This document shows, piece after piece, positions 14,489 through 26,600 of a stretch of DNA of 64,000 nt. Made by a program: the position numbers and the translations under genes. Source of the DNA: Malacoraja senta (lineage: Eukaryota); the NCBI GenBank assembly GCA_038087875.1, contig CM075992.1, forward strand, positions 3,660,001-3,724,000. Direction: 5' to 3'. A model generated the notes under the pieces. The model did not search any database. It had not been told where the DNA came from and worked only from the letters and a program-made list of their open reading frames with translations. Numbering within the stretch: position 1 is the first letter of the stretch; each line of letters starts with the position of its first letter.

Positions 14489-14723
14489 GGTAGACAAAAA
14501 TGCTGGAGAAACTCAGCGGGTGCAGCAGCATCTATGGAGCGAAGGAAATAGGTAACGTTTCGGGCCGAAACCCTTCTTCAGACTGATGAGCGAAGGAAAT
14601 AGGCAACGTTTCGGGCCGAAACCCTTCTTCAGACTGATGAGCGAAAGAAATAGGCAACGTTTCGGGCCGAAACCCTTCTTCAGACTGATGAGCGAAGGAA
14701 ATAGGCAACCCTTCTTCAGACTG
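14489..14723 (-). repeat. TSD-flanked tandem array of 51-bp hammerhead-motif units (3 full + 1 deleted)
   Basis: Unit starts at 14537, 14588, 14639, 14690; minus strand reads cagtCTGAAGAagggtttcggcccGAAACGTTgcctatttccttcgctcat. 15-bp TSD catttataatattta at 14474-14488 and 14724-14738. Confidence 0.85.
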
Positions 14724-15084
14724 CATTTATAATATTTATATCTGCTTCTAGATGGGGTAAATGCACAGAGTCTTTTACCCCTGAATAGGGGAATCAAGAA
14801 CCAGGGGACATAGGTTTAAGTTGAGTGGGGAAAGATTTAATAGGAATCTGCGAGGCGGCTTTTTCACACAGAGGGTGGTAGGTATTGTATATAGAACGAG
14901 CTGCCAGAGGAGGTGGTTGAGGCAGGTACTATAATATTTGGAAAGATACATGGATAGGAAAGGTTTAGAGGGATATTGGCCAAATGTGGGCTGGCGGGAC
15001 TAATGTAAACTGAGGCATCTAGGTCGGCATGGATGGGCCGAAGGCCTGTTTCTGTTCTGTATAACTCTATGAAATGCTCGGGGA

Positions 15085-15392
15085 AGGAGAATGAAATGCT
15101 TGGAGAAGGAGAGGTGCAGCACACAGGCCTTGAACCTGGTGAGACGCAGGAGGAGCCCGGCCAGGACTCACCCCCACAGAGCCCAGTCCCTCCACGCACT
15201 AGAGTCTCCCGACCCCTGCAGAGTAGTTATTAAGATGGCTGATCCGTGGGCGCTTGCTGCTGGGACACAAGTCGGGGCCTGATCAACCCCGGCTGGGTCG
15301 CCTGGACGAGAGGGTCTGATGTTGTGAGACCCCAAACACCCGATGATCCCAGGTCACATCACTGAGGATGCGTCCCAGCGCATCTAGAAGAT
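15085..15392 (+). mobile_element. HERO-like (restriction-like endonuclease non-LTR) element, internally deleted
   Basis: MKCL...PGETQEEPGQDSPHRAQSL (N-terminal-like) joined to IK.ADPW..AAGTQVG* and 3' UTR ctgatcaaccccggctgggtcgcctgg...catcactgaggatg; recognised from memory. Confidence 0.5.
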
Positions 15393-16088
15393 GGATATTT
15401 TTCACATTCTCATATGACTCTAATAAACAAAGCAATATTAGCTGCTTACCCTTAATATCCAGAACACATTCAAATACGAACCTGAAAGGAACAACCAAAA
15501 AAAACATGATTAGTACAGGTGTCAGAGGTTATGGGGAGAAAGCAGGAGAATGAGGTTAGGAGTGAGAGATAGATCAGCCATGATTGAATGGTGGAGTAGG
15601 CTTGATGGGCCGAATGGTGTAATTCTGCCCCTATCACTTATGAACCTAAGGATAGATACATCAACAAACCACAATAAAATGAATTTTGATTTAATTGAAA
15701 CATACAGCATGGAAACAGGCCCTTTGGCCCATCAAGTCCACGCCAACCTGTTCACACCAGTTCTATGCTATCCCACTTTTACAAAAACTCGAGAAAAAAA
15801 CTCCATACAGGTAAAACAAAGTGATTCTGGGACTCCAGGCCCCTCAGATCGGCCGACTTGGGGTTGCTGAATATCCCACGGTCTAGGCATAAGCTCAGCG
15901 GTTGCAGCCCCTAGACTGTGGAACAGCATCCCCTTTCCCATCAGAACTGCCCCCTCCATCGACTCTTTTAAGTCAAGACTAAAAATGTATCTATACTCCC
16001 AAGCCTTTCCTGACGTCCTCTGTGCTATATAAATAAATGTGACTTGACTTGACTTGACTTCAAAGACTAATCAGTTCAACTGATAGAC

Positions 16089-16398
16089 GGCGGCACAGTG
16101 GCACAGCGGTAGAGTTGCTGCTTTACAGCGCCGGAGACCCAGGTTCGATCCTGACTACGGGTGCTGTCTGTACGGAGTTTATACCTTCTCCCCGTGACCC
16201 CGTGGGCTTTCTCCGAGATCTTCGGTTTCCTCCCACACTCCAAAGACGTACGGGTTTGTAGCTTAATTGGCTTGGTGTAAATGTAAATTGACCCTGGTGT
16301 GTGTAGGATAGTGCTAATGTGTGCAGGGATCACTGGTCGGTGCGGACTCGGTGGGCCAAAAGGGCCTGTTTCCGCGCTGTATCTCTAAACTAAACTAA
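16089..16398 (+). mobile_element. tRNA-derived V-SINE, full length
   Basis: ggcggcacagtggcacagcggt ... gctgtatctctaaactaaac. Confidence 0.85.
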
Positions 16399-16625
16399 AG
16401 ACTTGAGTGCTTGAGTCTCAATGGGTTAAGTGCATCACCTTTCCAATCATTCACTGGCTTTTGATGTATTGTGCTTTCATACAATACAGACACAATTTCT
16501 GAAACAATAACTCTTGAAGGGGAAGTATTAGGATGAGAGCAATCGTCATGATCCATAAACATTATTTAGCCCTTGCGATTGCTCCCTCCCTTGAATCTTG
16601 TTGGAATCAGTCAATGGAACATTAA

Positions 16626-16771
16626 AGGGCCTGTCCCACTTGGGTGTCATTTGCGCGTCATTTACGCGACAGACGCGCGTTCGCACGCGGCGCACCAGGA
16701 TTTGGGGATTCAAAAAATCCTCACGTGCCACCTGCGTGACGCGCAAATGACGCCCAAGTGGGACAGGCCCT
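16626..16771. mobile_element. PIF/Harbinger-like MITE (146 bp)
   Basis: Perfect TIR AGGGCCTGTCCCACTTGGG; TAA TSD at 16623-16625 and 16772-16774. Confidence 0.88.
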
Positions 16772-17719
16772 TAACTTAACGACTGACTGTCAGGCAATCT
16801 CTGATATGTAGTAGCTTAGGCAAAAATACACCTAATTGGGTTCAGTAAGGCTAAGAAAGTGAACGCTTGGGACCCAGTGACACAAAATGCTGGAGGAACT
16901 CAGCGGGACAGGCAGCATCTCTGGAGAGAAGGAATGGGTGACGTTTCGGGTCGAGACCCTTCTTTCAGACTGGTTATGGATAAGGGAAACGAGAGATATA
17001 GACGATGATGTGGAGAGATAAAGAACAATGAATGAAAGATATGCAATAAAGTAACGATGATAGAGGAAACGGGCCATTGTGAAGGCTTTCGACCCGAAAC
17101 ATCACCTATTTCCTTCGCTCCATAGATGCTGCCTCAACCCGCTGAGTTTCTCCAGCATTTTTGTCTACCTTTCATTGTTAGCTGTTTGTTGGGTGAAAAG
17201 GAGAAGCTGGTGCGACTTGGGTGGGGGAGGGATGGTGAGAGAGGGAATGCCGGGGTTACTTGAAGTGAGAGAAATCGATATTCAGTTATAAGCTGTCCAA
17301 GCGAAATATTAGATGCTGTTCCTCCAATTTGCGTTCATCCTCACTCTGTCAATGGAGGAGACCTAGGACTCTGTATTGTTCTATGTTCTTAAGAAGGATT
17401 AGCAAAGTAATTGAGTTGGAAGCTCACACGTTTCCAGCTTAATTAAATTCAGCTTGACACTTGGCTGCTGAGGATTTAGTCAAGTCAATTTTATTTCTAT
17501 AGCACCTTTAAAAACAACTCTCGTCGACCAAAGTGCTTTACATCAGTGCAGGTACTAACATGCTACATACAGTGGTACCTAGATCTAACAATACATACAT
17601 AAATACATACATACAGCGCTTCCTCAGAGGACTCAAGAAACAGAGAGTGGTTGCACCTGAGACTTTTGATCTCACCTGGAAGAAGGTTGATGGGGCCAAT
17701 CTATCCACCATCCGCACAC

Positions 17720-18300
17720 TCGTTCTATCCTACACCACTGGGACAATTTACAGAAGCCAATTAACCTACAAACCCCCATGGCTTTGGAGTGTTGGAGGAA
17801 ACCCACGCGGTCACGGGGAGAGCGTGCAAACTCCGTGCAGACAGCACCCGTAGTCAGGATCGAACCTGGGTCTCTGGCGCCGTGAGGCAGCAACTCTACC
17901 GCAGCGCCATCGTGCCCCCGGAAAATGATCTGAAATGTCCTCCTTGCTGATGTGTATTACTACATAGGGCAACAATATTGGAACATAGAACACAGGGCGG
18001 CATGGTGGCGCAGCGGTAGAGTTGCTGCTTTACAGCGCTTGCCGCGCCGGAGACCCAGGTTCGATCCCAACGGGTGCTGTCTGTACGGAGTTTGCACGTT
18101 CTCCCCCGTGACCTGCGTGGGTTTTCTCCGAGGTCTTCGGTTTCCTCCCACACTCCAAAGACGTACAGGTTTGTAGGTCAATTGGCTTGGTGTAAATGTA
18201 AATTGTCCCTAGTGTGTGTAGGATAGTGTTGATGTGCGGGGATCGCTGGTCGGCGCGGAACCGGTGGGCCAAAGGGCCTGTTTCCAAACTAAACTAAACA
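17720..18300. mobile_element. Divergent head-to-head pair of V-SINEs (17720-17914 minus, 17995-18300 plus)
   Basis: Two tRNA heads ~80 bp apart in opposite orientation. Confidence 0.8.
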
Positions 18301-20029
18301 TAGAACAGTACAGCTAGATCCTTTTGGGTTTAACGAGGAATAACAAATTCCATTCTGCACCGCTGGCTCTTTCTACATAGCTTTAAATTTTTTCCCTCTT
18401 ATATATTTAACCAGTTTCCTCTTGAAGCCACAATGGAATCTACTTCCAACAGATCCCCAGCAGAAATGTAGAAACAAGGAACTGCAGATGCTGGTTAATA
18501 CACAAAAGAACCCAAAGTGCTGGAGTAACTCAGCGGGTCAGGCAGCATCTCTGGAGAACCTGGATAGGCGACGTTGCAGGTCAGGACCTTTCTTCAGAAT
18601 AGTCGATGGTCAACATGGCCTCGATGGGCAGAAGGGCCTGTTCCCATGCTGTATCTTTCAAAGAATCAATCGAATAAGCAATGATCGAGATGATGCCTTT
18701 AACCATGTAGACAATAGACAATAGACAATAGACAATAGGTGCAGGAGTAGGCCATTCGGCCCTTCGAGCCAGCACCGCCATTCAATGTGATCATGGCTGA
18801 TCATCCCCAATCAGTACCCCGTTCCTGCCTTCTCCCCAAATCCCCTGACTCCGCTATCCTTAAGAGCCCTATCTAGCTCTCTCTTGAAAGCATCCAGGGA
18901 ACCTGCCTCCACCGCCCTCTGAGGCAGAGAATTCCACATGTAGGAAGGAACTGCAGATGCTGGTTTACACTAAAGATAGATACAAAAAGCTGGAGTAACT
19001 CAGCGGGACAGGCAGCATCGCTCGAGAGAAGGAATGGGTGAAAAAGGGTCTGAAGAAGGGTCTCCACCAGCATGTCAACTATTCCTTTTCTTCAGAGATG
19101 CTGCCTGACTCCCTATCTTCCTTTAACCATGACCACCGATATTGTCTACGATCATTGCTGAGAGACTTTTGCCTGTTTGTGCCTCTATCTAGAGGGAGAG
19201 GTGTAGAATTAAAGATTGAAAATTAGTCACACTCAGATCTATGTCACGTGAACAACATGGTTTAGCTGAGGTACTGAAAATCATAAAGGTTTAGACGAAA
19301 TATTAAAAAGATAATTATAATTCAGTCGCATAGCTTTGGTTTACTGAACTTTGGAGTTAGTTATTGCCCTACAGCAAAAGTGTGTGTAGGCAGTTTAGAT
19401 ACGACTTTGGCTTTGGGCATGGTTGTCCTTGGCTGAGCGCCAATGTTGGTGTTATCGGAAAGTATTTTGTGTTTTAATAGTAATTTAAGCATTCTAGAGA
19501 TCCGGACCAAAGATAGAAACATAGAAAATAGGTGTAGGAGTAGACTATTTGGCCCTTCGAGCCAGCACCGCCATTCAATATGATCATGGCTGATCATCCC
19601 CAATCAGTACCCCCGTTCCTGCTTTCTCCCCATATCCCCTGATTCCTTTAGCCTTAAGAGCTACATCTAACTCTCTCTTGAAAACATCCAGTGGCTTGGC
19701 CTCCACAGCCTTCTGTGGCAGAGAATTCCACAGATTCGCAACTCTCTGGGTGAAAAATAATCAAATGACAAGAGTTCAAATCCAACCACAGCAGCTGGAG
19801 AATTTAAATGTAATTTGTTAAATGAATATGTAGCAGAAAGTTAGTATCAACAGTCGACATGACGTAATGACAGGACTGAAGATTAAAACTCAGCAAATTC
19901 ACCAATGTTTCTGCTGGTCTATAGACATGGCGTGAGACAGTAATGATTCTTAGCTGAAATGGCTAAGGGATGCATTTAGTTCAAGGTCGGTTAAGGTCAC
20001 CTGCATCCTATAAAGATTCAAGTTTAATG

Positions 20030-20308
20030 TTTAGTTCAGTTTAGTTAAGAGATACTGCATGGAAACAGGCCCTTCGGCCCACCAAGCCCGCACCAACCAG
20101 CGATCCCCGCACATTAACACTATCCTACACACACTGGGGACAATTTTTATCTTTACACCAAGCCAATTAGCCTACAAACCTGTGCAGCTTCGGAGTGTGG
20201 GAGGACACCGATGATCCCGGGGAAAACCCACGCAGGTCAGGGGGAGAACGGACAAACTCCGTACAGACAGTACCCGTGGTCAGGATCGAACCTGCGTCTC
20301 TGGCGCTG
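20030..20308 (-). mobile_element. V-SINE, head truncated
   Basis: Same family. Confidence 0.75.
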
Positions 20309-20370
20309 TTAATGGTAAAATAGCCAGACGTGAGAAAAAATGTTAAAGGAATGGATACGAAGGTTTGGAA

Positions 20371-20782
20371 CAATAGACAATAGACAATAGACAATAGACA
20401 ATAGGTGCAGGAGTAGGCCATTCGGGCCTTCGAGCCAGCACCGCCATTCAATGTGATCATGGCTGATCATCCCCAATCAGTACCCCATTCCTGCCTTCTC
20501 CCCATATCCCCTGACTCCGGTATTTTTAAGACCCCTATCTAGCTCTCTCTTGAAAGCATCCAGAGAACCTGCCTCCACCGCCCTCTGAGGCAGAGAATTC
20601 CACAGACTCACCACTCTCTGTGAGAAAAAGTGTTTCCTCGTCTCCATTCTAAATGGCTTACTCCTTATTCTTAAACTGTGGCCCCTGGTTCTGGACTCCC
20701 CCAACATCGGGAACATGTTTCCTGCCTCTAGCGTGTCCAAGCCCTTAACAATCTTATATGTTTTAATGAGATCCCCTCTCAT
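20371..20782 (-). mobile_element. CR1 3' fragment
   Basis: MRGDLIKTYK...; (ctattgt)n tail. Confidence 0.88.
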
Positions 20783-21429
20783 CCATCACACATTGATAAA
20801 TATGCTGACAACACAAACTCTTCAAAAGAAAATTGGGTGAATACTCAAAGGTAAAAATATTGCAGGGAAAAACCTGTGGATAAAAGGTGATTATAGTGTT
20901 TCCGTTGACTGGTTAGCATGCAGCAAAAAAAGGTTTTCACAGTATCCTGCTACACATGGCAATAAACTATAAACTAAACTAAACTAGTCTAAACTACACT
21001 AAACTAAATTAAAATAAACTAACCGACAGACTCGCACGTCTTTGGAATGTGGGCGGAAACCGGAGCACCCGGAGGAAACCCACTCAGTCACAGGTCGAAC
21101 ATGCAAACTCCACACAGACAGCACCCGTAGTCAGGATCGAACCTGGATCTCTGGAGCTATGAGGCAGCAGTTCTACCAGCTGTGCTGCTGTGCCCCTCTA
21201 ACAGCAGTTGTACCCAATTTTGCTGAATTGCTTCACCCACTCGTTTTATGAAGGGTTAAGATGGCAAATTAAGTTAAATAGCTTCTGGTGGCAGTAAGGT
21301 CAATAACCAGGGGGGGGGGGGGGCCTTACCTTCCCTCTACTGAAAGGAACTTGAATACTTCTAAGACAGACACAAAATGCCGGAGTAACTCAGCGGGACA
21401 GGCAGCATCTCTGCAGAAATGGAATAGGT

Positions 21430-21457
21430 GACGTTTCGGGTCGAGACCCTTCTTCAG
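21430..21457 (-). ncRNA. Hammerhead-like motif, dispersed copy
   Basis: Minus strand CTGAAGAAGGGTCTCGACCCGAAACGTC within a Penelope-derived short repeat. Confidence 0.6.
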
Positions 21458-22029
21458 ACTGAGAGTCAGGGGAGAGGGAAACTAGAGATATGAAAAGATA
21501 TAAAGAACAAATCAATGAAAAGGCATGAAGAGAACAAATCAAGGCCAGCCAAGATGATCAAGGAAAGGTGGAGCCCACAATGGTCCAATGTTGGCTGTGG
21601 AGAAGGTGATCGTGAGTGGATACAAAGAGTGCTTCTGTTCCACCTTAAATAGACACAAACTGCTGGAGTAACTCAACAGGTCAGACAGCATCTCTGAAGA
21701 AAAAGAATGGATGACATTTCGGGTCGAGACTTCACTGCACTTGACAAGTTTAAATCCAGTAGAACAAGTTTCGTGGTTGGGCAGCAAGAAAACCAATTTC
21801 ACGGAATGATTTTAGGTTGAATCATAATGTCTCTATTTTGCTTTGACATTTTGCGCGGACATTTTTGTCGGAAGATCGCAATAAATGTGTGATCTGTACA
21901 AGACTCTGTTGATTGTGGAATTATTTTCTTATTTTTATTTCGTTTTACAGATCCCTTTCTTAATAAATAAAGGTGGTATTAAAATCCCAGAACAGAATAG
22001 CACAGACAGCGACTTGTCTCGTTGTTTTT

Positions 22030-22496
22030 GGAAAGGGTCAAGAACTTCAAATTCCTGGGTGTGCATATTTCCGAAGATCTTTCCTGGTCCCAGCACACTG
22101 ATGCAGTTATAAAGAAAGCACATCAGCGCCTCTACTTCCTGAGAAGATTACGGAGAGTCGGTATGTCGAGGAGGACTCTCTTGAACTTCTACAGGTGCAC
22201 AGTAGAGAGCATGCTGACCGGTTGCATCGTGGCTTGGTTCGTCAACTTGAACGTCCAGGAGCGGAAAAGAATGCAGAGAGCCGTGACCACTGCCCAGTCC
22301 ATCATCGGCTCTGACCTCCCCACCATCGAAGGGATCTATCATAGTCGCTGCCTCAAACAGGCAGCCAGCATCATCAAAGACCCTCACCATCCTGGCCACA
22401 CACTCATCTCTCCGTTGACATCGGGAAGAAGGTACAGGAGCTTGAAATCTGGAACATCCAGGTTCAGGAACAACTGCTTCCCCACAGCCATCAGAC
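22030..22496 (+). mobile_element. Rex1-type LINE RT C-terminal fragment
   Basis: FKFLGVHISEDLSW, KAHQRLYFLRRL, FYRCTVES, HPGH...SGRRYRS. Confidence 0.85.
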
Positions 22497-22930
22497 TCAC
22501 CACTCTCTGTGAGAAAAAGTGTTTCCTCATCTCCGTTCTAAATGGCTTACTCCTTATTCTTAAACTGTGGCCCCTGGTTCTGGACTCCCCCAACATCGGG
22601 AACATGTTTCCTGCCTCTAGCGTGTCCAAGCCCTTAACAATCTTATATGTTTCAATGAGATGCCCTCTCATCCTTCTAAACTCCAGAGTGTACAAGCCCA
22701 GCCACTCCATTCTCTTAGCATATGACAGTCCCGCCATCCCGGGAATTAACCTTGTAAACCTACGCTGCACTCCCTCAAAAGCAAGTATGTCCTTCCGCAA
22801 ATTAGGGGACCGAATCTGCACACAATACTCCAGGTGTGGTCTCACTAGGGCTCTGTACAACTGCAGAAGGGCCTCTTTGCTCCTATATTTGATTCCTCTT
22901 GTTATAAAGGCCAACATGCCATTCGCTTTC
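22493..22930 (-). mobile_element. CR1 LINE fragment
   Basis: [35 protein letters not shown]. Confidence 0.9.
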
Positions 22931-23547
22931 TTGTATGCAGACAGCAGCCGTGGTCAGGATCGAACCCGGGTCTCTGGTGCTGTAAGGCAGCAACTCTACC
23001 GCTGCGCCACCATGCCCGCACTTTGCTAAAGATTCCAGCATCTGCAGTCTTTTGTGTCTCCTTAGTCTTTCTGATCTATGTAAGTGTAAAAGTATTCCTA
23101 AACTTTCAAGACAAAGCACTCACCGTCAAGTGAATGCTATTCAGTTGTTTAGATAAAGTTATGCACAATGTAAGCATAATATTCATAATCATCATTACCA
23201 TAATCATATTTATTAGCCAAGTATGTTTTGCAACACACGAGGAATTTGATTTGGTCATTTAATTTGGTGATTAATACCAACAATGTCATCTCCCAGGCAG
23301 TCCTGCACATTGCCACACTTCGCTTTAACCCAGTTTGTTTAACATCAGCAGAATTAAAGTGAGCCCCTTTGACCCATCAAGTTCACACTGACCATCAATG
23401 TCCATTTCCACTCATCCAACACTAATGCCAGTTTATAGGTCTTGTTCCATTGGCAATGGGCCAACGTTCCTGGAGCTCACACTGTACCATGGGTGGCCAT
23501 ACTCACATGCCGGTGAGCATTGACGGAGGTAACACTCCACATGTGCA

Positions 23548-24120
23548 TCTGTCTCTCTCTGTCTATCCCTCTTCTTTTCTTTCTCTCCCTCTCTCTATCT
23601 ATCTGTCTGCCACTGGCTTTTTCTCTCACTGTGCCTCCCCATCTTTCTCTCCCTCTCTCTATCTATCTGTCTGCCACTGGCTTTTTCTCTCACTGTGCCT
23701 CCCCATCTTTCTCTCACTGTGCCCCCATCTTTCTCTCCCTCTCTCTATCTATCTGTCTGCCACTGGCTCTTTCTCTCACTGTGCCTCCCCATCTTTCTCT
23801 CTCTCTGTTTATGTCTGTCTCTCTCTAGGTCTGTCTGCCTGTCCCACTCTCTCTCTCTGTCTCTCTCTCTTTCTCCCCATTTCTGTCTGTCTCTCTGTCT
23901 ATCTCCCTCTCTCTCTATCTGACTCACTCTCTCTCTCTATTTCTCTTTCTGTCTCACCATCTCTCTCTCTCCCAGTTTCTCTGTCTCGCATTGTCTCTCC
24001 CTCTCTCTGCCTGTGCCTCTCCTCCTTCTGTCTCTCTCTCTTTGTCTCTCCCCACTCTGCCTTTTTCGCTCTCTCTTTCTTTCCCTCTCTCTCCTCCTTT
24101 CGCACACACACACACATTCA
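23548..24120. repeat. CT-rich low complexity with ~60-bp subrepeats
   Basis: Repeated ctatctgtctgccactggctttttctctcactgtgcctccccatc. Confidence 0.85.
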
Positions 24121-24572
24121 CTGTGCACAAGTCAAGAAGTCAAGTCAAGTCAAGAGAGTTTATTGTCATGTGTCCCAGACAGGACAATGAAATTCGTGCT
24201 TGCTGCAGCACAACAGAATATTGTAGGCATAAATACAGAACAGTTCAGTTCAATATACACATAAATAAACAGATAAAGTGCAATAGGTGTTACAGTTCAG
24301 AGTCTGTTTGTTGGTGAGTTTAATAGCCTGATGGCTATTAAAGCACACACCTTGACCGCTATTACTGTGAACATTGCAAAATGTACTTCTCTGTATTCTT
24401 AACACAATTACATAATCAAACTCAGGTGTTTTATAATGAGATGCAACAGACATTAGATGTCAGAATATACTGGAGAGTTTGTAAACCTGTCAGGAAGGGT
24501 GGTATTTATTTTTTATTTATTTTTTGAAAATATTTTTTATTGGAGATAAGTACACAACATATTAACATCATT

Positions 24573-24791
24573 GTGTTAAAGAAGGAACTGCAGATGCTGG
24601 AAAATCGAAGGTACACAAAAATGCTGGAGAAACTCAGCGGGTGCAGCAGCATCTATGGAGCGAAGGAAATAGGTAACGTCTTCTCCCCACCCCCTATCAG
24701 TCTGAAGAAGGGTTTCGGCCCGAAACATTACCTATTTCCTTCGCTCCATAGATGCTGCTGCACCCGCTGAGTTTCTCCAGCATTTTTGTGT
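24573..24791. mobile_element. Penelope-derived fold-back short element
   Basis: Inverted arms of the same terminal repeat; 14-bp TSD atattaacatcatt (24559-24572, 24792-24805). Confidence 0.8.
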
Positions 24792-24879
24792 ATATTAACA
24801 TCATTACCAGTCTTACATTTTTAAATTGATAATATTGTCAATTATTATTACATTGTCTCCAATACCTTTTGCCTTTTTT

Positions 24880-25385
24880 TGTTTTTTTTAAACTAGATAG
24901 AACTAAAAAGATAGATGAAGTAAAGAAAGAAAAAAGAGAGAAGAAAAGAGAGAGAAAGAAAAAAAAAAAGAAGAAAAAAAAAACCAAAAACAAAAACAAA
25001 AAAAAAGAAAACAGAAAAGAAAAAGATAGTTAAAGAAGAATGGAAACATTTATTAAGATAAAAAACTTCGTTCGAGATATATTCGTACATTTCAGAGTAT
25101 AGCATTTCATCCATTCTTTAGCCCGAGTGTTAGTCAGGTTCCTGTGCTGAACCATTCTGACCCTTTAAATAATCAATGAAGGGAGACCATGTTCCAACGA
25201 ATAATTCCTGTTTGTCCAACAGGGAAAATCTGATTCTTTCCAGAAGGGTGGCATTTCTGGCAGATGTTCCTGTTAAAACCAGGATATGCGGGCAACCAAG
25301 AGATGGAATGTTTAACAAGTCCTTTGTATCATCTGTCTTTGACAATGAGGAAGGAGCAGCCAAAACGTTGGTTCAATGGAGATTA
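24880..25385 (-). mobile_element. L1-like ORF2 C-terminus plus T-rich 3' UTR
   Basis: LERIRFSLLDKQELFVGTWSPFIDYL resembles the fish L1 ORF2 end. Confidence 0.55.
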
Positions 25386-25876
25386 ATATAGAAAATGACA
25401 TCGGTGGGAAAGGCTTATTGTAAATCTGTTCCTTGGTCTGAGCAAAGTTCCCATCAGTGGTGTGTAGGAAGGAACTGCAGAGGCTGGTTTAAACCGAAGC
25501 TAGACACAAAATGCTGGAGTAACTCAGCGGGTCAGGCAGCATCTCTGGAGGAAAAAGAATAGGCGATGTTTCGGGTCGAGTCCCTTCTTCTGACTCTTGA
25601 ATCTGAGAGTCTGAAGAAGGGTCTTGACCCTAAACATCACCTATTCCTTTTCTCCAGAGAGATGCTGTCTGACCCGCTGAGTTACTCCAGCATTTTGTGT
25701 CTATCTATGAGAGGCACAGATGGAGCACGTTGGAGCTCCGCTCGGGCAGTGCGCTAGAAATTTTGTTGTATGTGTTTGCAATGGCAATAAAGTATTAACC
25801 ATATAACCATATAACCATTACAGCACGGAAACAGGCCATCTCGGCCCTTCAAGTCCGTGCCGAACATTTTTTTTAA

Positions 25877-25940
<64 letters not shown>

Positions 25941-26067
25941 ATTATTATTATTATTATTATAGGGTCGACAGTCAGAATGTAGAAATCTGAAGCGGTTTGA
26001 AGAAGGGTCCCGACCCGAAACATCACTTATCCGTGTTCTCCAGAGATGCTGCCTGACCTGCTGAGTA

Positions 26068-26600
26068 AGGGCCTGTCCCACTTGGACGACCTAATCCATG
26101 AGTTTAGAAGACCCTAGACGAGTTGAAAAAAATGTCAAGGTCGTGTTGAATCGCCGAAGTAAAAGGCCTCCTACGACTATGTCTACGACCTCCTACGACC
26201 CCCCTCGACCTCAGTCTTCCACACCTAAGACTAACTACGACTAGCTACGAGTGGAAAATGATCACATGTTAAAATGATTTCATGTTTGCATTTTTTTTCT
26301 CGGGCCAGTTACCGACCTACGACTATCTACGACTACCATCACGACCTACTACGACCTACCTACGAGTAAAAAGTATCTATCTTTTCCATGCCGACCTTTT
26401 TTTTACTCGTGGACATTTTTTATCAGGCTGGGAAAAACGCCGCGACCTACTTGAGGCCACGAGTACGCGGAGACCACTCACGAGCGTGAGGAAGAGTTAC
26501 GGAGACCTCCTACGACCTCGTGGCGACCATGCTGCGAGTATGAGTCAAGGGCAAACTCGGCAGAGGTCGCCAATTAGGTCGTGAAAGTGGGACAGGGACT
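26068..26600. mobile_element. PIF/Harbinger-like MITE nested in a Penelope-derived repeat
   Basis: AGGGCCTGTCCCACT ... AGTGGGACAGGGACT, inserted at the TTA of host gagTTActccagc; internal (c/t)acgac repeats. Confidence 0.82.

Noticed and set aside
14634..14646. Plus-strand CTGATGA-GC-GAAA minizyme-like core at array junctions
   Set aside because: Created by the repeat junction; only one unit has GAAA and I could not form helix I with any NUH site.
16089..16165. tRNA gene-like sequences (also 2720-2792, 17995-18075)
   Set aside because: They are SINE heads continuing into the V-domain and LINE-like tail.
22022..23029. 335-aa ORF
   Set aside because: Chance chimera of Rex1 sense, CR1 antisense and SINE sequence.
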